Part shown: positions 15,001 to 30,000 of the stretch, piece after piece
How the letters are laid out: each line of letters opens with the position of its first letter
How positions within the stretch are numbered: the first letter of the stretch is position 1
Assembly: GCA_029531755.1 (NCBI GenBank)
Contig: CM055969.1
Span: 23,751,285 to 23,815,284, forward strand
Direction of reading: 5' to 3'
Origin: Holothuria leucospilota
Lineage: Eukaryota
DNA length: 64,000 bases
Position numbers and translations under genes: made by a program
Notes under the pieces: generated by a model
Told to the model about the DNA's origin: nothing
Database searches by the model: none
What the model saw: the letters and a program-made list of their open reading frames with translations, nothing else

Positions 15001-18000
15001 AACAGTCTAGTATAACGCAGGGTCGTGTGTTATACTAGTATAACACACGGCTGTGACGTCAGCTATCATTGGGATACATACAAACTATGCCGTAACTCAA
15101 TAAATCGATGCAGCTTTGAGGATCCAGGATCCGGGATCACACACTGCATATCGTACGCAAGTAATAGGTACATAAACGCGTAGTTAGCAAACGAAAAACC
15201 ATGGAGTTACCACACGGACAACCACGAACCATAGTGACCAACGAAATACAAATTTTCTGAACCAACAACTAGATCAGGTCAAAGTTATAAGGTGTTATAT
15301 AAAACAAATAATGGATGTTTTTCATTCGTACCATAGTATGAAAAATTTCATTCGTTGAAAGACTTACGGTTCTATTAAACTCAGCTTCGCCTTGTTGAAT
15401 AGAATGTCCAATCTTTCAACTCTTGAAATAGTTCATACTATCGCACTCATAAACATCCATTATTTGTATAATATTTACTTAAATCATCACACAAAGAGCT
15501 ACCAAGTCAATCGGGTAAACAACTTTCCCATTCACGGTGAACTCACTATTACTTTGAGAAGAACACATCCTATCATGCCTACCTACCACTAAAATTTACA
15601 ACAAAATGATGAGCACGTACTACACTCATCACTCACTGTTTTTCTCTCTATAGAAAACAACCTAACCTCACCCACCACAACTGAAATTCTTTCGATCAAT
15701 TCGTTTATATATATCAGTCACGTTAATGTTTCAATCCTAATCAAGATAGGACAAGTGTGTAGCATTACTTACATTGACATCTTTCAATGAATAACACTTG
15801 TCAATGTTTTCTACATGGTTGAGTTGCCCCGTATCTCCTCTCTCCGCGATAAAGCGAAGAATTTGGTCGCTAAAACCAGCAATGTAGATATCATTTGGAT
15901 GTTCTTCAGAAGAGAATTTATTCCACACACTGTTAAGAAGAAATAAGGATTACATTACGAAATAAGCAATTACGTTATATGCTGTATAGTTAGGGCAGCG
16001 GTATTTGGCAGTGGCCCAAGATATGTTCACTTGATATTTTTGTACGAATTGTGCATTCATTCCCCTACAACGGGCGTGCAAAATAAGACCCATTGAAGAA
16101 TTCAAAACATGCAACAGATATAACTCCATAAAGACTCAATGAACGTAACATGGGAAAGTTATCCCTTTTTGACTCTAATAGTAGTAACCAGCGTCACGCT
16201 AACAAAAACGAATAACCTTGATCATCTTCAGCGTTATTCGTTTTTGTTAGCATGACGCTGGTTACTACTATTAGAGTCGGAATGGCTAATTCTACCAATT
16301 GGCAATCTCGACAATGACTCTATCGCAGGTCAATAAAATTCTCTTCAGTTCTAACTTCTCCCTTTTCTTTGATAGTCTTTCAACCACAGATAGTACATTA
16401 CCACAGTCAGTTGTTCAAGGCCCAGTAGAGCTCAAACAAATCCTCCTGACACTTTTCCTTGTTTTAAGTGAAAAGTTGGAAGCTAAATTTTAAAATCCAT
16501 TCAGAGGTTTTTCGAAGAAATGATGTTCCTTTAATATACAGTGCAATCACACTGAATGAACTGCAGACAACCTGCTAAATTTGTGTACAGAGTTTTACTA
16601 ATCACTCAGTTCGACCAGATCTTGTAAGATCATGGATAACAAGGCTTGTTCTCAAGAAAATCCAACAAAATTACACTCGCAGTCAGAACAAAAGCATAAT
16701 AATATTTCAATTTTTGCAAGGTTGGAAGGTGCTTAAAAGTTAAGATGAACAAACTCAGGAAGTTGCATTCTATTAAGCAATTAAACTAAAATTGGCTGAA
16801 TACTCTTCAGGATCAATGGAGGTGATATTAATGACACCTACAGTACTCAAGGGTGAGAATATTTCTGTATAACACTTTTTGGCAGTTTTGTGTGTTTTTG
16901 TGAGTGCTGTTATTAATACCCCACATGCTACTATTTAGTAACAATATTCTTTGTACTTTACTACTGATCTACTTGTGAGCTAGGCCACACTTATGCACTA
17001 ACCTACATTCTGCAAGCTTGTGTGGTGTTGTTTGGGAAACAAGCTCACAGCACCATATCACTGCTCACTGGAACAATTTGCTGTAATATGTGCACTGTAG
17101 TCAAATGGTCAATTTTTTTCTTAATCAGTCTAAAATTATTTTAAATCCATGGAGCATGTTATCAATTAAAATGTTTCCCAAAGGGAGCCTGCATGGTCAG
17201 GTGGGTTGGCTAATTATTGCTAGGCAACCCAAAGCTGCACGGCAAACAAAGCAATGAATAACCACTGCATGCAAAAAGTATTCAATGTGTTTCAATTTAC
17301 AGCACAATAGACAATGTAATGTACACTGTGTACATACGTGTGCATATTTCCTGTGACTGTTTGCCCTACACAAAAAGTAGTGCATCACTTAATTTGACCA
17401 TTTCAAGCTTCCCATTGTATATTTTGCCTTTGACTATAATTGATTTTGCACAATTTCGCAACTTACAAACACATTTATCAGTACCACTATGCTAGTCTTT
17501 TAGTGGCAAAACTTTTTTTTTGCTAAACATTAGTTCCAACCCATTTACATGCTTTCCTGCAGTACCGCTACATATGCATGCATACTACTCTTAAAAAGCA
17601 AAATTTTTTCAAGGTAAGCCTTCCATTTTGATGTCTGCTACTTACCAAAGGGCATTATTCTTCAGTGCTATGTTCACAAAGAGCATATTACGATTCAGAA
17701 GGTGGCGGTATGTTGCAATGCTCTGTCTAAGATTCTCTGCCTGCGATGACCGTACCATCCATCCTTCTGCAAGTATCACTATGGTATCAAACTAATGACC
17801 GAAGAAAGGTTTCAAAAAGAATAAAAAACAGAAAATATTCAACCATTACGGCAGTACCTTTCACCTCACTAGTGTTAGAAGATTCCACTAGCCTTTAAAT
17901 GGCCTCTTCAAAAAAATAGTACACCATAAGGTGTCTTACAAACATTCAGAAAACCTTATGAAGGACATAGTGGGTTGATTTCTGCAGACGATCAAGTTTA

Positions 18001-21000
18001 CACACCTTTCATTTGTACAAAGATGTCTAAAGGATATATGCAGTTATTTGAAGCCTATATGTAGACACCAGTGTTGACTAGTCCACAGTCTACTGACTAT
18101 GTTATAGGTTGCCTTACTACTTCCCATACTGAGCCAGCACCAAGTTCCACCATAAAGTTGGTCAACCTAGTCTTCAAACAATTTGGTTTTGATCCTTTTC
18201 TAACATATAATCCCCAGTCATTGATCCACTTGGGTCCTGTGTGTTAATATGAAGACACTTTTATTTAAAGTACTTCAATTTAGTTTTCTTAACATTTCCA
18301 AAATAACGAATTTTGTGATCGATGTTGATTCAAGTTCCTTGATAAGCTCATACATCTTCTTGCTATTTTTTTTTTTTACAAAGTAGGTCAATGGGGTTTC
18401 TACCCTCCACGAAAAGAGAGCAAAATCACATCCTTAAATTTACTTTGTCTTGTGAATGTTTTCTTTTTCGGAATTGTGTAAAGTAAGGGTAGGGGGTATC
18501 ACCATCTGATGTCACCTGACAGCCATTGAACAACACTGTTTTGGGAAACACCAGTCATAAATGTGACTCATCCAAAAGAAATATAGGATTAATAAATTTG
18601 CTGGGGGTTGTACAACAAAAAATTTTCACTGTGGCTGTGAAGGGCTGGTAGGTCTAAAGTACTTTACTTCCCCTTTTAAAGGTAGCAGGGTATGAGGAAA
18701 TGTTTGATTCTTATGATGAGCTTTGATCATAAGAATAAAAAATTTCTTTATAACCCCCTGCTACCCCCACACTTACAAGGGGAAATATAGTATTGATAAC
18801 CCACCAGCCCTAAAGAGCTGTAGTGGAAGAAAATTTTCTTACAAACCCCAAATTCCCACAAAAACCCACAAATTCATAAAGCCTGTATTTCTTTCACGAG
18901 TCACATGTATGACACACCTATCCTAACTTAACTCAATTTTGTTGAATATTTATTCTTCCTTTTGGTTCTTTCATATGTAAATTTTAAGAGTGTGCCATAT
19001 GTACTAAGAACAACATGGAATTCCTGTTAATGTTTGCAAGTATCATAACCATGATTGCAGCTGATAGCTGAAGAGGTAAAACACATCCATGGGGTGGGGG
19101 AGGGGGCACCACCTCTCTTGAAACTTATTCCTATTTTATAAACTCTGGCTCTCTTTAATAATATTAATCAAAGTGCCTTGTACTGGCAGTTACTGGTCCA
19201 TACACAGAAGGAACAAACGTGTGTCCTTACATTGCAAGCAGTAAAATTTGCACAAGTGACTGTTTACTCAGATAAACCTTTCATGCTAAGTTGTTCACAC
19301 TATTAACTAACAGTCAAGCAGCCAAATATTTTCTTAAACAAGACACAGATAAGAGAAATGAAACATGTATACTCCATTGCAATGTTAAATTACTATTGTG
19401 ACAAGGAAAAGACTTATTTCTGGTAATAAATGCAATTTGAACATTTCATACCTCCTGACGATTCCGTATGACTTCCAAGAGGACGCTGTTCATCGAATGA
19501 TAGCTGGAGATACCAGACAACATATTCTACAGATAAAGAACCATCAATATAAAACACTTTGAGCGACTGTTAACTTTCTTTCCACAATTGAACATCTACC
19601 TTTTCAACCTTTATGGTCAAAAATTAGGGATTCATTAAAAAAGAACTTTTCTTTCAAAAGGAATTCTCTCTGACCCATGACTGATGTTCAGAGAACCATA
19701 ACTTTAAGATAAAAAATTGCAGGTGCTAATACAAAAATACTAATCTTACATCAGCAGTCTCTGGGGTGGTACAGCTTCCTTCCCAGCATGCATTGTATAC
19801 CAAACTTGTTTTCTTCCATCTGTTACTACAGGCCACCTCAAACTCTCACTTAAAGTCTTTCTAATCTCACCCCAGACAGTAGCAATTCTCCTTTATACTA
19901 AGTTTATTTTAAGCCTCTCCTCCAATTTAAACCAAACCACCTGTCTAGTACACCTCCAAGAGAGAGCCACAGTAGCCTGCACTGAGTTTAAATTGCTTGA
20001 GGCAATATTGTCACAGAAGTGTGTGTGAGCTTAATTGGGAACACTGCTGACTGTACAAGTCATTGTTGACCAAGCAGAGTGAAGCTATACTGTTTGCAGG
20101 AATTTCAATCAAAGTGTAGTCATCAACTGTATTTAGACTTCTAGGGATATTTGCAAATATGTTTGGGCAGGGAGTTACTAGCAGGTCCCTGGTTTGGGAG
20201 ATACATCCCTTTTACATGTATTTTGCTTCCATGTCAAAACCTAAAGGCTCTGTGAAGAATAGGATTCCAAGACTTTCTCCAAGATGTTTTACAAAGTATC
20301 GTTTAGTCTGCTTATTGCTAGAAAGGTTTTTACTAGAAATCCCTCAATTTGAAGGCTGTGAATGAATTAAAAGTTCCAAAAAGACAGTAAGTTGACTTAC
20401 ATACATGTACGGATAGAACAAACCATAAGCATTCTCTCTTTCAAGATCATCTCTTCTCAAACCAAAGTGCCTTCCCATTTCACACCAACTAAACCACACA
20501 GTACAGGTCAGCTCTTGCAATTAAGGTCAACATTTAGTTGCTTACATTAACAATAACTTTGACCAAGATTACCAAAAGTTTAAAGTAATGAAAATATTTT
20601 GAAGACCAAGATGGCCATTACTCAGATTCAAGAGTAAAAAATTATTTTGGGGAATTTTTTTTCATTTGTTTAGGATGTAGTTGTCATGATCTCATAAAAA
20701 TACTTTTTGACTATAAGAAGCCTGAATCTACGGCGGAAGGTTAAATTCAGTATTGTAATAGCTGTCATCGAGGGTAAACCAATGGGATGTAATACACGCT
20801 AGCATGTGCCCACCACCCATCACATTGCATAGTGTACTGTAAACTGAAACACATCAAATACTGCTGTGAATTTTTGCACCAAGGTTATGTATACAAAAGT
20901 ATATTCATGGCTTGTTTGCCACGTAATACTTGGTTACCTAGCAACAGTTAGCCAACCCACTTGACTGAGCAAAACCCTTGTATTTGTACTTTCTGTTGTC

Positions 21001-24000
21001 GGAAGTACAAAACGTGAATGTGCTCAGTCAATTTAGAGGTGTTTGTAAAATTCCATACTCTTCAAAGTTTATTGTTGTGAACATATTTAAAATGCCCAAC
21101 ACACTTCGCACAGCAAGAGACTGGCTTCAATTTCAAGATGATGTGTCAATATTTCCAGACCAATCACTCAAAAATTAAGGATGTTTGAGACCACGAAATA
21201 CAGACTAGACTTTTTCAATTTGTTATTTAGTTACATGAGATTTAACAACACACCAACACAAATGTCTTATATAGTGTCAACTACTGTAGATAAAAAGGTA
21301 ACGTTTACAGTTTCAAATACGGTTCAAGTTCCAGTTTGGTTTCAAATACAGCTCAAATACGGTGCAAGTCCTTCCCTTTAGTCGCCTCTTACGACAGGCG
21401 GGAAATACCATGGGCATATTCTACAACCCCCAGCCCACAGGGGGCTATAGAATTTTTCAAGGAAACTCCCACTCTCCCTGTAGCATGGGAATGTCACTCT
21501 GAATAAAATAGGTTAGACAGTACAATTTTGGCACAAATCTTACCGTGGCTAGCTGAATAACACTCTCCATATTGTCCAAGATGGTGCCTTCTTCCAATTC
21601 CACCTCTTCATGACCTTTATAGTCACAGAGAAGGAAAGAGCAATCCTCGCACGAGTACTTGCACATCAGACCAAGGAGTACTCCAACCTCTAGGACCTAG
21701 TGAAATAAGATTAACACATCATTATGTCTAATGACATCCAACTGTTCATGGGATTCTTTGATATACTATACAGAACTTGGCAGGGTGATAGCTTGAAAAT
21801 ACTAGTACTGTACCGGCCAACACTATCCAACTGGAAATTTGTTGTAAAAACTGGTAAGCACCCATCCCTCAAAAATATAAGAAATACAAGATTGGTCATG
21901 AATATCATTCTAAACTTTTTACTCCTAAATGCTCTTAGTTTCTACCACTTACAGATTTTGGTTTCCCAAGACCCCTTGCCTTTGTACATGACTGCCACAT
22001 CATTTCCGTCAAGCTACACAAGATGAGGGTTTTCCCGCGAATAGGCTTCACATTGTATGCAGTGGCAATCTTCACTGCTGTGTCCAAAGCCTTGCGGTAA
22101 CGTGCTAACAGCTCAGCATCATAATTGTACTCACACCTGTTGAAGTAAAATAAGAACATGACATATGCATGTTTTCCATTGCATACAAGCAAGTTCTTTC
22201 TGTACCTAGTGCTATTATTAAGCCAGGACATCAGATCAGAGGGGTCTTCAGCCCCCTAATAATTTTCAGTTCAAGTTCTTAAAAAAATTATTATTAGCTG
22301 TAGCTGAAAATTGAGGGTCAAAACTTAGGGGAATGCCACAGCTTAGGAGATAAAAGGTTTCAGCCCCCTTGCCCCAACAACAGAAACCTTCTGACTGCCC
22401 TGTGAGCCCAAGTTACAATCCATATAGCTGAAGATATCCAATCATGAAAGCAAAGGAAGCCATCAATATAGTGCATCTTGTTAATACACAGTAACAACCA
22501 TGAAATTGTGAAAGATGTGGGTAAGGGACCAGCCATTAGCAAATGCAGTTGCCCCACCCTGGCACTGAACTATCACTTAAGCCATCACAAACCCTTTTGT
22601 ATACTTATGTGTCACACATGGGTCTTCCCAAACCCACTCCCCCAAACCACCCAATGAGGGCATCCCCCTTAAAAACTCTACACAGGTACAGTACATCATT
22701 AAACTTTTAGAATAACACTTACAACGGCTTTTCAACTTTCTTCTTCCACCAAGAAGCTGCTCCAGATCCACCTCTGCCTCTCCCACGTCCCCTACCCCTA
22801 CCACGTCCTCTGCCCCGATATCCACTGGAATAATTTGCTGCACTGGAAGTTTCTTCCCGTACTATAAAGAACAGTGGAACACATATGAGGGTGGTTAATC
22901 AACCATAAATAATCCAGTCTCTATATTTGCCTGTAATTAGATGTCTGTGACTTGTTTTGAGCAGATTTTAAAACCTTAGTGAACCCCTCCTTCCACAATT
23001 GTTAGAATTCCTTAAATTCTTGGTATTACATCTTAAGAATTCTGCAAATACATTAACATCATACAAAAACATAACTGCCATTCAAAAAAAAAAATACTGC
23101 TGCTGTAGCTGAGTGAAATGTAAAGGTATTTTACAGTAAAGTGACGAGCTCTTGAAGCCTTGAGGATCAGTATTTGATCCCCCGGTGTAACAGAATGGTG
23201 GACTTTCTCATAAAAGCAATCCACTGCTTTTCCATCTGAACTGACCCTTCTGAGTATGGGGGGTTGTCTTCATAATTTTTCATTTTCACAAGAGTATGAA
23301 ACATGCTCTTTATTAGACCCCCATCCCCTTCACAGGGCATACTTTTGAAAGTGAGAAAAGTTATGACTTTTTGGCCAAAGAATTATTGCCACCTGTAAGA
23401 CTTGAAAAAGCATACATGGGAATTTATCCCCCTCCCATGATGAAAGGGTGGGTGATACCTGAAAAGAATCCAAATTCTACATGAGCAGTGTTGTTGGGTA
23501 GCAACCTAAAAAAAAATGTTACTTAAAAGCCAAAACCTCTCAAATTGTGACACTAAAGAAATGGGCTCCCACACTGGAATTATTTCATCCACTTGAGACT
23601 TCATTTCAATTGTTGTAGGCAAACAGCTCTCCTTATCTTAGATAAATTTAAAACTGTGCGGGTAGAATCTTACTCTCAGCTTTTTCTCGTTCTTCTTCCA
23701 TGTCATCAAGAACCTGATATGCCGAGAAAAACCTAAAAGGAAACTGCTTGCTGTTTGTAACGGAGCCTTCATCCGTCAACTTCTTTATGACCCATGTATG
23801 ATGCTTTTGACTGATTCCAGCTGCAATCATGTTCCTCAAGTTACGGAGCATGGCCATGAAAGGCAACTTCCTATTATCTGTTGAGAATTACACAATGGAA
23901 AAGGACATGAAACAGTAAAATTTTCACTGAAATTAAACAACAAAAAATACATAACATTTCAATTTCGTTCTTAACATAACATCACAACCACAGCTGTTCT

Positions 24001-27000
24001 TTAGTATTTCTCATGGAAAAAATTTGACTAAAACTATCGTTTGGAAACAGCTAGTTTTAATACCTTCTTTCAAAGACTATCTGGAAGCTGTAACATACGT
24101 GATATCCTGATATCATAAAATAAGGCATTGTTAGTAGTATCAACGGTTCCACCCTCCTCGGGAGCTTTTACCATTGCAGAGCTGTAGAGCCACCTACATA
24201 TACACTATATATCACACTTGAGAAAACCCCATTACAATGCCAAACAACCAACTTACACATCAAAACAACTCTTCCCACTCATATTATTTCACATTTGCAT
24301 AAAATTCCTATCTTTTATTTTCACTAAAATATCTATCCTACAATGATGAGAAGACAGCTGATCATTGGTTAGCAGCCCTACTAGCCTAGTACAACAGCAG
24401 TACCCACAACACCCTGTTACTTGACACAACACAACACAACACTAAATGAAATGATGCCACACTACGCTACACCACACTCAGTCTGGTAAGTTCTGGGTAC
24501 ACATGCACATCTACTATTTATCGTGTAATGATTGTCTTATAGCATCATTATATTACATCAGAGTGTCTACTACAATATCTTGATTACAGAATTACCATCC
24601 CAGCCCTATCATGAAGGGTTAGAGTTAGATGATGTTTTACGGCTCAGTTTCTAACCAACTGGTTTAAGTCAGGCTGGCCACGGCCTTTTCTCCAGTTGTG
24701 GCTCACTGGCTTGTTTTCCCTACTCCATTACTTATGCTGATCACCCAGCACAATGGCAGTAGGTTCCATTTTTAAAGTCTTTGGTATGACCTGGCCAGGA
24801 GTTGAACCCCAGACCTTCTGGCTGCAAGTCGGATGCTCTAACCACTTGACCATGCAGTCAGTCATGAAGGAAACTAGGCTCACCAGCATGTTGTTTGTTG
24901 TTGTTTTTTGTTTATTTTTGTTTTGTTTTTATTTGCCTTTCCCTCATGACAATGTGATTTAACTCACCTATCAAGGTCTCCCAAGTTTCAGCTTTGTTGC
25001 CTTTCAGAGAAACCTGAGTTTCCCAGGTTTCTGGGGTGGGTAGCTTCATTCGCTTACCAGCCCGGTCTGATTCCCATGTACCAGGCAATCGGCTTTTGTA
25101 GAATGCTTCCAGATCCTCAGGATACCTGACAAAAAGAAGGCAAAATAGAAAGAATTGTGAAAAAAACAAAAAAAGAAAGTCAGTAAATAAATGTACACTA
25201 CAACCGCCAAGAATAGATATGATGAAAAAAGGAAATGCACAACTGGCAAAATCATCCAATCTCCTCTCAGCCTGAAGATGACAAGACTTTTAAGATTTCA
25301 ACAGAATCTCCCTTGTGTGCTACTTGTCTTCTGGCCTAAAAAGCTCTCTGCCTGAATGTAAAACCTTTTTCTCTGAACCAACCACTCAACCCAACCTTAC
25401 CATAATGCTTCCTTCACTTGTCAAGCAATTTTTTAATTTTGTATTTCCATAAAATTTCACAAGGTACAGTAAGCATTTTGAGTTTCTGCTTATGACTATG
25501 CGCCCCTAGTTCGGCCATTAAAACTTAGTTTGGCATTCAAACAGGTATGGACCAATAATTACAGCTTCCTAGATAAAATACCCAAGAAATACTCGAAGGT
25601 TCTCAGAAACTGAATGGTATTAAAAGTTTCCATTTTTCATTACTTTTTGCCAATAAGACACATGACATGCTCCACAGGGTCTGTGATGTGAAGTTTTCGA
25701 ATCAGTTCTTTCAAGTTGAACGAGCGTTTCTCTATGTCCTCCGTCTCTTGATCTTCCTTCTCTTCATTACTATCACTATCTGCATCCTCCTTGGCTGCTG
25801 TCTTGGCTTTCTCTTTTTCTTTCTTCTTGTCACTCTGTTTCTTTTGCTTGTTGTATTTTGCTGCAACACATAATTTGAGGGGCTTACAGAGTTGGCTCAT
25901 GAATTTCATGATTTTTTTGCCACACTTGTCGCTCAAGCTCTTAAGCCCATAAAAACTTACAATTTTCCATGTTTTTGGTAACTACAGGAAGTGAGAAATG
26001 GCTAATGAGGCTAATTAGAAGCATTGTCAGCAATAATTTCCTTAAAAATTGTAACAAAATATTCAATACCAACTCGATAAGCCCTCTTAAATGTTACACA
26101 AACTCTGTACAGAAAGCAACACTTTTTTTCCCCATTTCTCCTTTCTTACAAAGCTGGGTTACTTATGAAAGCTAAAAGGACAAGACATTTTGTGCATATA
26201 AATGATTTCACTTTGGAGGATTCCTACCAATGATGTAGGAATTTCACAATTTCCTGTCCTAATCTTTTTGGTTCCATTTGGATTTTACTTTGAAATATGG
26301 CCATGAGAATACAAACATTCACAATCTGCAATCATATTGACTCAGACAAAAGTTCCTTTCAAAGAGATAACAATGAAAATACATTATGACTATTACTACT
26401 ACCAATTTCTTTTCTACAATAACATACTATTATAATATATACCAAAGGAAAAGTACACAAAATTTATGATCATAAATCGTCCCCATTTTTTAAGATGAAA
26501 TCATAATCCACTTACCATTTTAAGTGAATAAAAAAAATAACCTTTATCATTTTTGATACAAGATGGTCAAATTGCAAAATGGAATCAAATGCAATAATGT
26601 GTACGTAACCCTAGGTTTCCAACCATGCTATGCTAAAGAACTATCAACAAAAACTCAAACTTGGCAGATGCCACATGTTAATATTCAATTATTCACTGAT
26701 TTACAGCTGATAGGAAATCATATAGAAACCTGAAAGCTGGGAAGGAATGTGAAAATTCCTATGTCCATTTCATAAATTATGCAACATGCCACTTTTTGTT
26801 ACCATGGTCATTACTGTAGTAGTGCAGAAAACTCTTCCACAGTTTTCAACGTATTTCACTACTAGCCCTCTTTGCTGAATATACTTTTTTAGAACTGTAT
26901 GTAAGTTACAGTGTATAGTAAAGCCAACCTTTCATGAGAATGGTATAAAACGCAAATCTTTGATGAAAACCATATTTAATTAATATAACCTTTAATAAAG

Positions 27001-30000
27001 ATGAGTAATTGGTTGCAAAGCTAACCAGTGTCCACTTACCCAGTTGATATTTATCAAATTCAGGAAACTTGGCAATCATAACTTTACGCAGGGCTGAGGG
27101 CAGTGCACCAAAACTGATTGAGTCATCATGAAAAGTCTGTGTGTGGAAGAAATTAAAGCCATCGAAACAAATCACTGAATGCACAGATGAAAGTGTCAAC
27201 ATATCTTTTCCTGCCACACTTTTTGATTTCCAAAAGGCAAACTATGACAATAATACTTGCCAATGACATTTCCAAATCAATGGTACCTTACCATCTTCAC
27301 AAGTGTCATGAACTCTGATAAGTGCATTCTCTGGCATTAAAGAGATTTGCCAGAGACAAAATTCAATGAGTTCAAAAAATGCAGCAAAGTTTTCTCTGTT
27401 AGGAGGTGAAAACTGCATCTCAATAGCTTCTAGCATTTGGAAGATATTAATTTTCAAAGAAATGCACTTTTTTCTCAAGATGAAGTGCATTAAGGGAAAT
27501 CTGTGATGTCATCCCAGCACATTACTTTGACACAGAACTGAATTTCTTTAAGATATTGATGCCGCTGTAGGGGATATTTAGCAACTTTGTTAGTTATGCC
27601 CTACATATGGTGTAGATTTGTGCTAAATATACATGGAAACATATTCAAACATTCCAACAGTATCAAATATCAAGGACAAACAGGACATTCAATTATAAAG
27701 AAAAACAAAAGGAATCTGAGGCAATATGCCCACTTTCTGTGACCTTGATAAAAACTGGAGGTATTTTTTGACAAAAATGAGTAATCTCTAATATGAGGTA
27801 TTTTGAGTTAGAAAAAGAGTATTGCTACAGGATTTGGTGGGCATTAACTGGAATTTTGTTCTCTTTCATATGAGACCCTTGTAAAAAGCCACTGGAAAAT
27901 GCCTTTAAGCAGTAACACTAGAGTACATGAAGCCTAAAGCAGGGCACTCCACCTAGATACCAATCACTTAAATTTTGGTACAGTAGGTTTATAGGTCAGC
28001 AGGCACAGACAATTTTGACAATTATATCACTTTTCAAAGGAAATAAACTACAGTATCCACCCACTGCATTTATCAGGCAGATCATATGTATTTATCAATG
28101 GAATGACTCACCACACTTACCCTGAGCATGGTCAGTCAAGGGTGGGTCATTGACAATGACAATGTGACTCACATGTACATCACTGTACCAATATTGTCAG
28201 CTCCCAAAGTGACTAAGGAGTGAGTCACAGGCCTTGAGTTAGATTTTGCAGGTGTGCTACAAATGACACTCCTCAGGATATCAAGGAGTGTGGTAGGTGT
28301 GCTGTTTTATTAAACTTTAATAGATTTATCTGTGTTTTAGGTGTGCAAAAAATAGCACTCCTCACAGTGATTTGAGGCAAGTGGTGGTGTGCGATCGCAC
28401 TCGCATGCCTCAAAATTCAAGGCCTGGAGTCACTTAATTACTAACCCTGTGTGAGTCATTGTCAGCTATTACACTCAGTACAGCAATGTAGGAAAAATGT
28501 CAGTCATTACAGTAACTGACATGTCAGTCAAAAATATACACTGTGCATCAAATTTGTGACTCAGGTGTGTGTCACTTTACACAAGAGATCAGTTACAGTT
28601 GACTGAGGGGGTGTGTCAATGTGCACACTTATGTGTGCAATTATTGACCATGCTAACCATGCTGACCATGGAGGTATGTCATTCAACTGTTAATTCCATA
28701 ATACCTGTACTTCACTGGTAATAGGCTACACAGCAGAACAGAAATTGTTCATTTAGTAGCTTACGCTTTGCTCAAACCTTCCTAAATTCAGAAAGCCAAA
28801 TAATAGACAGCCCAATGTCCACTTTGCAGGCTTGTAATATGCAATATCATGGCTTTTATCCAGGAAATATAATTAAAAAGAGTTTTGACTGCATGCAAAA
28901 GAGATGTTACATACATACATACAGTACATATAGTATTTATAATGCACTTAAACACAGATACAAGCACAATACAAGCACAAAAAAGAGCTAAGACAGAGAG
29001 AAAACCACTTTAAGCAAACCGGCAGTTTTTAAATGCTTCTTAAACAGTACCAGTGAGGGGCTTCTCTGACTGATTGTGGGAGAGAATTCCAGAGCCGTAG
29101 GCCTGCTACACTGAATGCATAATCACCACTGGATCTAACTGTTTTCGGAACATGAAGCCAAGCATGTTTCAAACATGTACCAAAATTTTCCTATTAAAGT
29201 GATCAAAGAAATACATCCTGATTCCCAGTATTTCATTACAAACTTTCCTGACTTTTCCTGATAAATGTTCAAAATTTCATATTATTTTTTTGGCTTATTC
29301 CCAGTTTGGCATGTATTCTTGCTAAATGAATAAACATGGGCAAAATACAACCAGACTTAGGACTACCTTTTCATTTGGGTCAATCCAATGTGCTGGTTTT
29401 TCCTTGATTTGAGGCATTTTTCTCAAATTTTCAAAATTTTTCCTCACTGAGAAAGAAGAAGCTCTTTTCCCAATTTTTTATCTTTCCAGGATGACTGAGA
29501 ACCATGATACAATGACTGTTAATAACTGTACATGTTTGTCACTTCTCAGCATACAGCTACACCACATCACACTAACTTAATAACCTCCTGTAGTTCTTAG
29601 TCTTGAAATGTTACTTCTATTTACAGGCATACTCCATACCAAATAAATCTCAGCGACTTCAATCCAATCAGAAGGCAGTGCAATGCTTTTCTGGAAATAT
29701 TTCTTCAAGAATGGACGGCATTCCTTATGGTACGATGCAAATGCAAGCAGAAAATTGGCAGTAGTCCTTATATTAAGCTCCTTTCTGGTATACAGTGCTA
29801 CCTGGAGACAGAAAGACAAAAAAGAAATGAATTGTTCAACTGAATGAATACGTAACTACCATAAATATTGGATGTAATATTCATAGACAGGGAGGCTCTG
29901 TTGCAAGTTGGCAGTGATACAGCTACAGTAGGCAACAGGGTTTAGAGACCAGGGGGAGTTGAGGGGAGGCAGCAAATTTGCAGAGATGAGTGGGGCAAGA

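Noticed and set aside
24753-24858. Candidate tRNA gene on the minus strand
   Set aside because: Acceptor, D and T arms are recognisable, but the anticodon stem does not pair. The sequence then continues into a SINE-like body, so it is a tRNA-derived SINE head.
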